This document shows, piece after piece, positions 26,434-35,216 of a DNA stretch of 64,000 nt; position 1 is the stretch's first letter; each line of letters begins with the position of its first letter. The notes beneath the pieces were generated by a model, which did not search any database, was not told the origin of the DNA, and saw only the letters and a program-made list of their open reading frames with translations. The translations under genes and the position numbers were made by a program. This DNA is from Planctomycetaceae bacterium (GTDB taxonomy: Bacteria > Planctomycetota > UBA1135 > GCA-002686595): positions 112,700 to 176,699 of the forward strand of contig WGMC01000028.1 of assembly GCA_016125265.1 (NCBI GenBank), read 5' to 3'.

Positions 26434-27663
26434 ATGGACGGCTACCTGCCCCGCCGGGCTGACCAGACTCTTGCCCAACTCCTGGAGCAACTTCCAGCGA
26501 TCCTGGTCGTAGGCCCCAGGGCGTGCGGGAAGACAACCACCGCCCAGCGACTGGGGCGGTCGGTCGTGCGGCTCGATCGGGACGCGGAGGCCGCCGCTTT
26601 CCGGGCCGACCCCGACGCAGCCCTGGCGGGGCTGGAGCGACCGGTGCTCTTGGACGAGTGGCAAGCTGTCCCCGGTGTGGTTGGGGCAGTCAAGCGAGCG
26701 GTCGACCAGGACTCGCGCCCAGGGCAGTTTCTGCTGACCGGCTCTGTGCGGGCCGATCTCGAGGCGGATACCTGGCCTGGAACCGGGCGCGTCGTCCGCC
26801 TGCGGATGGGGACCCTGACCGTGGGGGAACGCTTGCGGCGCGAGACGCGGCCGCTCGTGGACCGCCTGCTGTCGGGGGACGTCCTTACACCTGCCGCCGA
26901 CACCCCGGACCTGCGCGGCTATCTGGAGCTGGCCATGGCCAGCGGATTCCCCGAACCAAGCCTGCTGCGTGCGCCATCCGTGCGCGGTCGCTGGCTCGAG
27001 AGCTACGTCGATCAACTTCTGACCCGCGATGCGACGACCCTCGAGCCCGGCCGGGATCCCGCACGTCTGCGCCGCTACTTTGAAGCGTACGCACTGTCCA
27101 CTGCCGGCGTCGTGACCGAGGCTACCCTGCTGGAGGCCGCGGGTATCGACCGGCGCACCGCGGCGGCGTACGAGCGTTTGCTCACCAATCTGTTGGTCGT
27201 CGAAGCCCTGCCTGCCTGGTCGTCGAATCGCTTGAAGCGGCTCGTGCGGACGCACAAGCGACACCTCGCTGACCCTGGCCTCCTCGTCGGTGCGTTGGGT
27301 GTCGACGTCGCCGCGGTCCTGCGCGAGGGCGATCTGCTCGGTCGGGTGCTCCAGACATTTGTGGTGCAGCAGATTCGCACGGAGGCGGCGTTTGCAGAGA
27401 CGTCCGCGCGCTTCTACCACTTGCGTACCGAACAGGGCCGCCAAGAAGTCGATCTCCTGGTCGAGGTCGGGGCCGGATCTGTCCTCGGCATCGAGGTCAA
27501 GGCCTCTGCCGCTCCATCGACCGACGACGCGAAGCATCTCGCCTGGCTCCGCGATCAACTGGGCGACCGCTTCGTCGTCGGTGTCGTGCTGCACACCGGC
27601 CCGCGCAGTTTCACCCTTGGCGACCGCCTCGTGGCCGCCCCGATCAGCACCCTTTGGGCGTGA
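26434..27663 (+). CDS. AAA-family ATPase with a DUF4143 C-terminal domain (AAA_14/DUF4143 family).
   Basis: A Walker A motif (GPRACGKTT) is present. The overall architecture matches the widespread 'ATPase, DUF4143' family. Confidence 0.8.
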   Translation: MDGYLPRRADQTLAQLLEQLPAILVVGPRACGKTTTAQRLGRSVVRLDRDAEAAAFRADPDAALAGLERPVLLDEWQAVPGVVGAVKRAVDQDSRPGQFLLTGSVRADLEADTWPGTGRVVRLRMGTLTVGERLRRETRPLVDRLLSGDVLTPAADTPDLRGYLELAMASGFPEPSLLRAPSVRGRWLESYVDQLLTRDATTLEPGRDPARLRRYFEAYALSTAGVVTEATLLEAAGIDRRTAAAYERLLTNLLVVEALPAWSSNRLKRLVRTHKRHLADPGLLVGALGVDVAAVLREGDLLGRVLQTFVVQQIRTEAAFAETSARFYHLRTEQGRQEVDLLVEVGAGSVLGIEVKASAAPSTDDAKHLAWLRDQLGDRFVVGVVLHTGPRSFTLGDRLVAAPISTLWA

Positions 27664-27679
27664 GCGCCAGGACGGTAGG

Positions 27680-28675
27680 TCAGCGCAGGGTGGAGCGCAG
27701 GCCGGTCGAGGCGTGGACCTTGCCGTCCATGTCGACGAGCAGCGCTTCCACACGCGGCAGGCGTTCGATCAGCGCCATGCCCTCGACGGGACCGAGCACA
27801 CACATGCTGGTCGCGAGGGCGTCGGCCAGGGCTGCGTCCGGAGCCGAGACCGTCGCGCTCATGCAGCCCGTGGAGGGATAGCCCGTGCGCGGATCCAGGA
27901 TGTGGTGGAAGCGTTTGCCGTCGAGGTCGAAAAAACGCTCGTAGTCGCCGGACGTGACCACACACGTGTTCGACACGGGCAGCACGGCGATCACTCGTTC
28001 GCGTTCGCGCGGGTGCACGATCGCGATCTCCCACGGCGCGCCGAACTTGGTGCCCAGGGCCTTCAGGTCGCCGCCGGCGTTCACCACGCCGTGTTCGACG
28101 CCGTGCTCCATCAAGACAGCCATCGCGCGGTCGACGCCGTACCCCTTGGCGATGCCGCCGAGGCCGATGCGCATGTCGCCGGGCAGATCGAACGTGCCCG
28201 CCTCGCGGTCGATGCCAAGGCGCTGGTAGCCGACACGCTCGAGGGCCTTCGCGATCTGCTCCGCGTTGGGCACCACGGGCGGTTTGGCCTTGAAGTCCCA
28301 CAGCTTGCCCACGCCGGCGAAGGTGACGTCGAAGGCGCCACCGGTGAGTTCGCTGACGCCCTGGGCCAACTCCAAGACGTCCAAGATCTCCGCGTCCGCG
28401 GGTTGAGGGCCGCGGCCGGCGGCGGCATTCAGCGTTTCGAGCGGCGAGGGCCGCCAATCGGTCATCAAGTCCTCGACCCGGCGGATCTCGGCCACCGCGG
28501 CATCGAGCGCCGCGTCCAGCCCCGCGACATCGGTGCCGATGGCACGCACCTCCAGCGTCGTCCCCATCACGCCGAGCGAACGCTCGCGCAACTGCGGCGT
28601 CGGAGCGGTGGTCGTTTCCTGCGCGGCAAGGGCCGCGGGAAACAGAGAGAGCGCGATCGCCGCGAGCGCTCTCAC
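27680..28675 (-). CDS. apbE: FAD:protein FMN transferase (ApbE family), secreted or lipoprotein.
   Basis: ApbE motifs are present (GMGTTLEV, DVTFAGVGKLWDF, GGIAKGYGVD, VNAGGD, TSGDYERFF). It has a GTG start whose first base overlaps the tlpA stop (GTGA). Confidence 0.85.
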   Translation of the reverse strand: MRALAAIALSLFPAALAAQETTTAPTPQLRERSLGVMGTTLEVRAIGTDVAGLDAALDAAVAEIRRVEDLMTDWRPSPLETLNAAAGRGPQPADAEILDVLELAQGVSELTGGAFDVTFAGVGKLWDFKAKPPVVPNAEQIAKALERVGYQRLGIDREAGTFDLPGDMRIGLGGIAKGYGVDRAMAVLMEHGVEHGVVNAGGDLKALGTKFGAPWEIAIVHPRERERVIAVLPVSNTCVVTSGDYERFFDLDGKRFHHILDPRTGYPSTGCMSATVSAPDAALADALATSMCVLGPVEGMALIERLPRVEALLVDMDGKVHASTGLRSTLR

Positions 28676-29223
28676 TCGAGCGCCCCGACCTGTTGGTGCA
28701 GCGCCGACCAGTCCGCCGGCGGACGGTGGTGGCGCCAGCCCTCGCGGCCGTCCTTGGTCAGTGCGATCAGGGTGGGGGTGCCCGTGACGGCAAAGGCCTG
28801 GCTCCAGGCGAGGTCGCGGTCGCGCACCTGCGCGTAGGGCAGATCGAAGCGTTTCACCAGGCGGCGGACCTCGTCGTCGTTCACCGTTCCGTCAGGGCCC
28901 GGAACCACACCGACGAACAGGATCTCGTCGCCGTGGGCCCACGCGGCGGCGGCCAACTCGGGCGCCTCCACGAGACAGGTCGCGCACCAGGTCTGCCAGA
29001 ACACCAGCACCACCGTGCGACCCGAGCCCAGCGCGCCGCCCAGGTCCACCTGGTTGCCCTCCATGTCGGTGACGGTGCCGACGGGCATCCGCGCGCCGGT
29101 CGCCGCCACGGGGGGCGAGGACTCCACGGCGGCGGCTTCCTCGACGCGCGGCGCGGAACAACCCCACGTGGTGCCGAGTGCCACCAAGACTGCCAAACCA
29201 ACCGCCGGAAGTGCTCGTTTCAT
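28672..29223 (-). CDS. TlpA-like thiol:disulfide oxidoreductase (thioredoxin fold).
   Basis: WCATC (CxxC) active site and redoxin fold, with a signal peptide (MKRALPAVGLAVLVALG). Its ATG overlaps the stop of the upstream DUF3570 gene (ATGA). Confidence 0.8.
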   Translation of the reverse strand: MKRALPAVGLAVLVALGTTWGCSAPRVEEAAAVESSPPVAATGARMPVGTVTDMEGNQVDLGGALGSGRTVVLVFWQTWCATCLVEAPELAAAAWAHGDEILFVGVVPGPDGTVNDDEVRRLVKRFDLPYAQVRDRDLAWSQAFAVTGTPTLIALTKDGREGWRHHRPPADWSALHQQVGALE

Positions 29224-30425
29224 CGCAGGTACACCTTGTAGCCGATGGACGCCACCGTGCTGTCGAGTCCGTCCTCGCGCACGACTTGGTCGACTCCGAC
29301 GTCGAACTGGTACGCGCCCTTCTTGTACCAGATCAACTTGAGGCCGAGGCTGTGGGCGTCGTACTCGCCGAGGTCCGAATCGGACGTGCGGAACTCCGGG
29401 ATGGGCTCGCCGTCTGGCAGGCTCGCGACGAAGTCGTCGGCTGCCGTCTGGTTGTAGTAGCGGTACCGCAGGCGCAGCATCAGCCGATCGTCGATCAGAC
29501 TCTGGTAGAGGCGCGGCTCGAGCGTCCCGCTGGTCACGCCCCAGTCGTCCGCGTAGAGGCGCGCGCCGAGCTCGACCGACGTGCCTTCGACCAACTGCCG
29601 TCGCAGGCGCGTGTAGAGGGCCAGACGCGCCCTGGTGTCGGGCAACTCCTCGGTGATCTCGGTGCCGAGGGCGCCGTTGTCGAACGGCACGGGGGGCGTG
29701 GCGCCGTCCTCGACCACCACGCCATTGTACGCGGTCTCGAGGAAGCCGCTCTGCACCGCGATCGTCGCGCCGAACGTGCCGTGCAGCTTCGGCCCGAGGA
29801 TCTGGTACCACTGGCTCGTCGCGGCCACCGAGAAGCGATTGTCGGAGCCCTCTTCCACACCGTTGAAGCGGATGATGTCGATGTCGTCGACGAACACGTC
29901 CAAACTGGTCGTGACCGTCGCGTCGCGGCCGTCGTTCGGGGTCCAGGTGGTGCCGCCGCCGAACTTGAAGGAGCGGTAGTCGTATTCGAAGCTCGCACCC
30001 ACGTGCCAGTCCGCGCGCCACTCGTCGTTCAAGCGGTGGCGCATGCCGAACTCGACGCCGTACCAGTAGTCGCCGCTGGCGCCGCTTTGCTCGGGATACT
30101 CGCTGAGCCGGTCGATGGAAGCGCTCGACACGTAGTCGTAGGCGACCTTCACGTTGTATCCCAAGTCCTTCGACACGTCCCAGTCGAAGATCACCACGGG
30201 CTCGATGACCGTCAGGGACTCGTCCAAGAACGGATTGCCGTCCACGGAGTCCGCCTGGTCGAAGAACCCGAGGCGCATTTCGATCGAGCGCGACAGCTCA
30301 CCCGCCGCCGGCGCCGCGCCGGGTTCGGGCATGGGCGAGTTGGGCACGGTGAGCTTCTGGGCCCCGACGAGCGGCGCCAGGGCGAGTAGCGCCGCGACGG
30401 CCAACAAACCGCGCATCAATAGCAT
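29220..30425 (-). CDS. DUF3570-family predicted outer-membrane beta-barrel protein.
   Basis: Signal peptide, Asp/Tyr/Gly-rich alternating beta-strand pattern, and a C-terminal aromatic residue pattern (...GYKVYLR). It is flanked by DUF4266 and TlpA genes, as in the conserved operon. Confidence 0.7.
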   Translation of the reverse strand: MLLMRGLLAVAALLALAPLVGAQKLTVPNSPMPEPGAAPAAGELSRSIEMRLGFFDQADSVDGNPFLDESLTVIEPVVIFDWDVSKDLGYNVKVAYDYVSSASIDRLSEYPEQSGASGDYWYGVEFGMRHRLNDEWRADWHVGASFEYDYRSFKFGGGTTWTPNDGRDATVTTSLDVFVDDIDIIRFNGVEEGSDNRFSVAATSQWYQILGPKLHGTFGATIAVQSGFLETAYNGVVVEDGATPPVPFDNGALGTEITEELPDTRARLALYTRLRRQLVEGTSVELGARLYADDWGVTSGTLEPRLYQSLIDDRLMLRLRYRYYNQTAADDFVASLPDGEPIPEFRTSDSDLGEYDAHSLGLKLIWYKKGAYQFDVGVDQVVREDGLDSTVASIGYKVYLR

Positions 30426-30667
30426 CCGCAGCCCCCGCCGGCGCTCGTGCCGATGCCACCCGCACTGCCCTCAATCGAGTAGTAGATCTTCTGGTAGGCG
30501 TGGGTCTCGGTGGCCCCATCCTCCATGTCCATGGTGGGATCCGCGAAGGCGCGCATCTCGTAGTACTCGACGGTGTTGCAACCCGCGCCGAGGGCCAACA
30601 AGGCACCCCCGAGGAACGCGGCCCGCAAGGAGGTGGGCAAGGCACAAAAACGGCGGTTCTGCGGCAT
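30416..30667 (-). CDS. DUF4266-family small lipoprotein.
   Basis: Lipobox (LALGAGC) and a C-terminus ending GGGCGCY, as is typical of DUF4266. It sits immediately upstream of, and overlaps, the DUF3570 gene. Confidence 0.65.
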   Translation of the reverse strand: MPQNRRFCALPTSLRAAFLGGALLALGAGCNTVEYYEMRAFADPTMDMEDGATETHAYQKIYYSIEGSAGGIGTSAGGGCGCY

Positions 30668-30777
30668 GGTTGGAGCCCCCCGTGGGCGTCGCCCCAGCAT
30701 CGGCTGCCCCGCCCCACGCCGCGCATGACAGCTCCGTCATCCGCCCCGCGGATTGCGGCCGCCGGTGCGAGCCGCGC

Positions 30778-31161
30778 TCAGGCCGGCGGCTGGAACAGCG
30801 CGCAGACCGCGCCCGCCGGGTCGGCGATCACGGCGAACTGGCCGCCGGAGAGGGGGCGGGGGGCGATCAGGATGCGGCCGCCGCGGTCCTCGGTCGTGCG
30901 GGCGGCGGCGGCCACGTCGGAGACCGTGAAGTAGACCAGCCACACCGGGGGGATCTCGGCGTTGGAGCCGCGGGCGTGGCACACGCCGGCCACCGGGTCG
31001 CCGCCGCCGGGGGGGAGCAGGCAGAAGTCCTCGTAGCCGCCCATGTCGATGGGCAGGACGTCGAAGCCGACCACGGCCTGGTAGAAGTCGCGCACTTGGA
31101 CGGCGGGCCCCACGGTCAGGTCCACCCAGCCGATCCGGCCCAGTTTGTTGTTGTCGGTCAT
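30778..31161 (-). CDS. VOC family protein (glyoxalase / bleomycin-resistance fold).
   Basis: 127 aa with two beta-alpha-beta-beta-beta half-domains (GWVDLTV...; WLVYFTVSDV) characteristic of VOC proteins. Confidence 0.7.
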   Translation of the reverse strand: MTDNNKLGRIGWVDLTVGPAVQVRDFYQAVVGFDVLPIDMGGYEDFCLLPPGGGDPVAGVCHARGSNAEIPPVWLVYFTVSDVAAAARTTEDRGGRILIAPRPLSGGQFAVIADPAGAVCALFQPPA

Positions 31162-31329
31162 TGCTGTGGTGCTCCGGGAGCGGGGCGGCCCCGCCCTGCT
31201 TCTTGCGAGGTTAGCTCCCGCCGTCTCTCGCGCCCGAGGAAAAGCCTGTGTACCCTTCTGCCTCAGCTGTGCGGGCTGCCCCAGCGGTGCGGGGCCGGTC
31301 CCGACCCCCAGGACGAAGGAGACGACTTC

Positions 31330-31902
31330 ATGCCCGATTGGCTGCCCAAGGAGTTGACCCTGCAGACCGGCTACGCCCTGTGCGCGGGGCTCGGAATCGT
31401 CGTGGTGGTCCTGCAGCTCCTGCTCGGGCTCTTCGGCGGCGACGACGGCGACCCCTCCGACGGCGATTTCGACTTCGAGGGCGACGGCGGCCTCGACGTC
31501 CTGACCGTGCGCGGCATCGCGTCGTTTCTGACCGTGTTCGGCCTGGTGGGTTGGATCGGGACCCTGGAGGGCTGGCCGCGGCCGGTCAGCCTGATCGCGG
31601 CCCTCGTGAGCGGCATCCTCGTGCTCCTGTCGGTGGCCCTGATCCTGCGCATGCAGCGGCGGCTCTCCAGCACGGGCACGGTGGTGGCCTCCCGGGCCGT
31701 CGGCTCCGTGGGCCGCGTGTACCTGCGCATCCCCGCCGCGAAGGGTGGTGTGGGCAAGGTCACCGTCGAGATCCAGGGCCGCACCGCGGAATACAGCGCG
31801 TTCACCAAGGGACGCGAGTTGACCACGGGCACCGATGTGCGCGTGGTTCGCATGACCACACCCGGAACGTTCGAAGTCGCGCCGTTGGAGGAGAACCCGT
31901 GA
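31330..31902 (+). CDS. NfeD-family membrane protein (an OB-fold partner of SPFH proteins).
   Basis: An AAGGAG Shine-Dalgarno sequence precedes the ATG. There are TM helices plus a C-terminal OB-fold (GRVYLRIPAAKGGVGKVTVEIQGRTAEYSA). Its stop overlaps the flotillin GTG (GTGA). Confidence 0.75.
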   Translation: MPDWLPKELTLQTGYALCAGLGIVVVVLQLLLGLFGGDDGDPSDGDFDFEGDGGLDVLTVRGIASFLTVFGLVGWIGTLEGWPRPVSLIAALVSGILVLLSVALILRMQRRLSSTGTVVASRAVGSVGRVYLRIPAAKGGVGKVTVEIQGRTAEYSAFTKGRELTTGTDVRVVRMTTPGTFEVAPLEENP

Positions 31903-33575
31903 GCTTGCCTTTGCCCCCCCCTGTGCTTGCCCAACTGGACGCGGCCGCCCTCTGGGTTGCGTTGGCCGCGTCCATCGTCGTCATCTTCTTCGGCCTGGTC
32001 GTGACCCTGGCGCGGCGCTACAAGCGCTGCCCCTCGAACCGCGTGTTGGTCGTCTACGGCCGCAGCAAGTCCGGCAAGGTCGCCAAGACCATGCACGGCG
32101 GCGGCACGCTGGTGCTGCCGCTGATCCAGGACTACGCGTTCCTGTCGCTGGATCCGATCCAGATCGAGGTGCCGCTCGAAAACGCCCTGTCCATGGAGAA
32201 CATCCGCATCTCCGTGCCCAGTGTGTTCACGGTCGCGATCGGGACCGAGCCCTCGATCATGAACAACGCGGCGATCCGGCTTCTCGGATTGACCACGAAG
32301 GACATCTCCAAACAGGCCGAGGACATCATCTTCGGCCAGTTGCGCCAGGTCATCGCGTCGATGTTGATCGAGGACATCAACCGCGACCGCGAGCAGTTCC
32401 TGCAGAGCATCCAGAACTCGCTCGAGCCCGAGTTGGCGAAGATCGGCCTGGTCCTGATCAACGTCAACATCAAGGACTTGACCGACGAGTCGGGTTACAT
32501 CGAGGCGATCGGCCGCAAGGCCGCCGCGCAGGCGATTCAACAGGCCCTGATCGACGTGTCGGAGCAGGAGAAGCTAGGCGCGATCGGTGTTGCCAGCGCG
32601 GACCGGGAACGGGCGATCCAAGTGGCCAACGCCGAGAAGCTGCGCTCCATCGGCACGTCGGAGGCCGAACGGGAGCGGGCCGTGCGCATCGCAGAGTTGG
32701 AGCGCGAGCGCACGGTCGGTGAGAAGCAGGCCGCCTTCCAGCGCGACGCGGACATCAAGGACGCCGAGCGCGAGATGCGCGTGCGCACCTCCGAGGCCAA
32801 CGCGAAGGCCGTGGAGGGCGAGAACCTGAACAAGGCGCGCGTCGTGCAGGCCGAGGCGGAGCTGCGCATCCGCGAGGCCGAGGCCTACCAGGCCGCGGAA
32901 ACCAGGAAACGCGAGGCCGACGCGGCCGTGCGCGAGGCCCAGTACCTGGCGGAGGCCCGCGCCGCCGAGGCCGAAGCGAAGAAGCGCGAAGCCGAGAAGC
33001 GCGCGGAACTCGAATCGCTGGCGAAGGCCGAGAAGGCACAGACGATCGTCGACGCGGAAGCGGAAGCAGCCCGCGTCACCCTCGCCGCCCGCGCCGAGGC
33101 CGACGCGATCTACGCGAAACTCGAAGCCGAGGCCCGAGGTAACTTCGAAATCCTCGCGAAGAAGGGCGAGGGTCTGAAGCGCATCGTCGAGAGCTGCGGC
33201 GGCGCACAGGGGGCGTTCCAGATGCTGTTGCTCGAGCACATCGAGTCGCTCAGCGCCAACGCCGCGAAGGCCATCTCGAACATCAAGTTCGACAAGATCG
33301 TGGTGTGGGACGGTGCACAGGGCGCAGACGGCAAGGGCTCCACCAGCCGCTTCCTGCATTCGCTCGGTGGCTCCATCCCGCCGGTCCTTCAGATGATGCG
33401 CGACATCGGCGGTGTCGAGATGCCCGAGTTCTTCGGACGCATCCTCGAGGACCCCGAAACCGCGCGCCAGGTCGAGGAGACCCTCGAAAAACGGCGCAAG
33501 GCAGAGGCGGAGAAGAATCCCCCGCCCGCGGCGTCCAAACCCACCCCGCCCAAACCGGACGGCTCCAAGGGCTGA
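31899..33575 (+). CDS. Flotillin-family SPFH protein (FloT/YqiK-like).
   Basis: An N-terminal TM segment is followed by RYKRCPSNRVLVVYG, an SPFH domain, and a long Glu/Ala-rich coiled coil (EA repeats). Confidence 0.85.
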   Translation: MSLPLPPPVLAQLDAAALWVALAASIVVIFFGLVVTLARRYKRCPSNRVLVVYGRSKSGKVAKTMHGGGTLVLPLIQDYAFLSLDPIQIEVPLENALSMENIRISVPSVFTVAIGTEPSIMNNAAIRLLGLTTKDISKQAEDIIFGQLRQVIASMLIEDINRDREQFLQSIQNSLEPELAKIGLVLINVNIKDLTDESGYIEAIGRKAAAQAIQQALIDVSEQEKLGAIGVASADRERAIQVANAEKLRSIGTSEAERERAVRIAELERERTVGEKQAAFQRDADIKDAEREMRVRTSEANAKAVEGENLNKARVVQAEAELRIREAEAYQAAETRKREADAAVREAQYLAEARAAEAEAKKREAEKRAELESLAKAEKAQTIVDAEAEAARVTLAARAEADAIYAKLEAEARGNFEILAKKGEGLKRIVESCGGAQGAFQMLLLEHIESLSANAAKAISNIKFDKIVVWDGAQGADGKGSTSRFLHSLGGSIPPVLQMMRDIGGVEMPEFFGRILEDPETARQVEETLEKRRKAEAEKNPPPAASKPTPPKPDGSKG

Positions 33576-33635
33576 TCGCGACCGCGTCTCCGGGGCCGTG
33601 CTGCGCACGCCCCGGAGCCAGTCGTTCTACTCGTC

Positions 33636-35090
33636 ATGTTGCGCCGAGCCGCCGCCATCCTCCTTGGGCTATGCCTCGGTCTGCTTGGGCTCGAACTCGC
33701 GCTGCGCGGCATCGGCGTCGTCGCGAAGGACGACGGCCGCGACTCCGGCGGGGTCTGCACCCTCGGCGCTCCTCGGCGCATCGTGTGCATAGGGGATTCC
33801 AACACGTACGGGATCCACCTCTCGCCCGAGGAGAGTTATCCGGGCCAACTCGCCGCGCGTTTGGCCGAGGTGCCCGGATACCCGTGGCGTGTGGAGAACC
33901 TCGGGCTGCCCGGCAAGAACTCGGCGGAAGTGCGCGCGGAGCTCGCGGGGCACCTGGACCGGTTCCGCCCGGAGATCGCCATCGTCTGGATCGGCACGAA
34001 CACGACTTGGTCCCGCGCCAAAGCGCACCTTTGGGAGCGGCAGGACGAGCCCAGCGACGTGGGCTGGCGCGAGTCGCTGGAGAGCATGCGTGTGGTCCGC
34101 ATGGTGCGCATCTGGAGCGACCGCGCGGCGCCCATTGCACCCGCTGGCGCGGCCGATGCACCGGATGCGGCGACGGATGCCGAAACGATCGCGGACTCCG
34201 TCGCGAACACGACCGCGCGCGCCGACTTCGTGGAGCCGGGCGAAGAGGAACAGGAACGCCGCCGCCGGATGCCCAAGCTGGCGCCCGACGAACTGAATAG
34301 GCGCGTGGAGCTCGACATCTCCCGCGTCGCCGCCATCTGCAAGGAGCGCGGCGTCAGGCTGCTGCTCCTCGATTATCCCTACAACCTGCGGCACCTCAAC
34401 GACTCGGTCAATCCGGCGATCCGCGCCGCCGCCGAGCGCGCCGGTGTGCCCCTCATCTCTCTGGCGGAACATTTCGAACCCGTCTACCAGCGCATGGCGC
34501 CGGGCATCTTCCAGTTGCCCGACTACCACCTGCGCGCCAACGGGAATGCCGAGTTGGTGCGTGTGTTGCTCGCGCGCCTCGTGGAGTTGGGTTGGGTCAA
34601 GGAAGTCGATGCGTGGCGCGAACTGCCGCAGCTTTTGGCGTCGGCCCAAAAGCTCGGTGTGCAGCCCGTGGAGTGGCACGGCAACCAACTGCACGTGGAC
34701 CTGGAGGGCAGCCCGGGCGACACGGTGGTCGTCCGGCTGGAGCCGCTCTTGCGCGTGGCCGTGGGCGACCCCGCGGAACTCTGGGAGGGTTACGACCCCG
34801 CGGCCCTGGAGGCGGCCCTCGGCACGGGCCTCGAACTCGCGCCCGTGACCCTGGGCGCCGACGGGCGCGCGCGGGCAGCCCTGAGCCTGCCCCAGGTCGG
34901 CGGGGGATTGGCCCAGCGCCTCTTGCCACTGGTGCCCGCGGACCGCCTCTTCGTGGGTTTCGAAGTGGTGCTGGCGCCGCGGGAACGGGCGGACTCGGTC
35001 CTCTCCCAATCGCGGTTCGTGGTGGATCTGTACGGCGGCGTCTATTCGGGCCGGCGCACGGGCGCGTTTCCGCTGCTGCAGCGGCCGTGA
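33636..35090 (+). CDS. SGNH/GDSL-family hydrolase, secreted (paralog 1).
   Basis: Signal/TM segment and the catalytic block IVCIGDSNTYG with LPGKNSAEV. It is paralogous to the 40748-42268 gene over most of its length. Confidence 0.75.
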   Translation: MLRRAAAILLGLCLGLLGLELALRGIGVVAKDDGRDSGGVCTLGAPRRIVCIGDSNTYGIHLSPEESYPGQLAARLAEVPGYPWRVENLGLPGKNSAEVRAELAGHLDRFRPEIAIVWIGTNTTWSRAKAHLWERQDEPSDVGWRESLESMRVVRMVRIWSDRAAPIAPAGAADAPDAATDAETIADSVANTTARADFVEPGEEEQERRRRMPKLAPDELNRRVELDISRVAAICKERGVRLLLLDYPYNLRHLNDSVNPAIRAAAERAGVPLISLAEHFEPVYQRMAPGIFQLPDYHLRANGNAELVRVLLARLVELGWVKEVDAWRELPQLLASAQKLGVQPVEWHGNQLHVDLEGSPGDTVVVRLEPLLRVAVGDPAELWEGYDPAALEAALGTGLELAPVTLGADGRARAALSLPQVGGGLAQRLLPLVPADRLFVGFEVVLAPRERADSVLSQSRFVVDLYGGVYSGRRTGAFPLLQRP

Positions 35091-35216
35091 ACCCGCTCCC
35101 GGTTGGGTTTGTGTGATCGGAACGCGGCCGCGTGCAACCGCTCGCGGCGGCGCGGCTAGGCGGGAATGCGCGGCGGCGATTATTCTGCTCCGCCGTTCCA
35201 CCCGTCCGGTCGCTCC

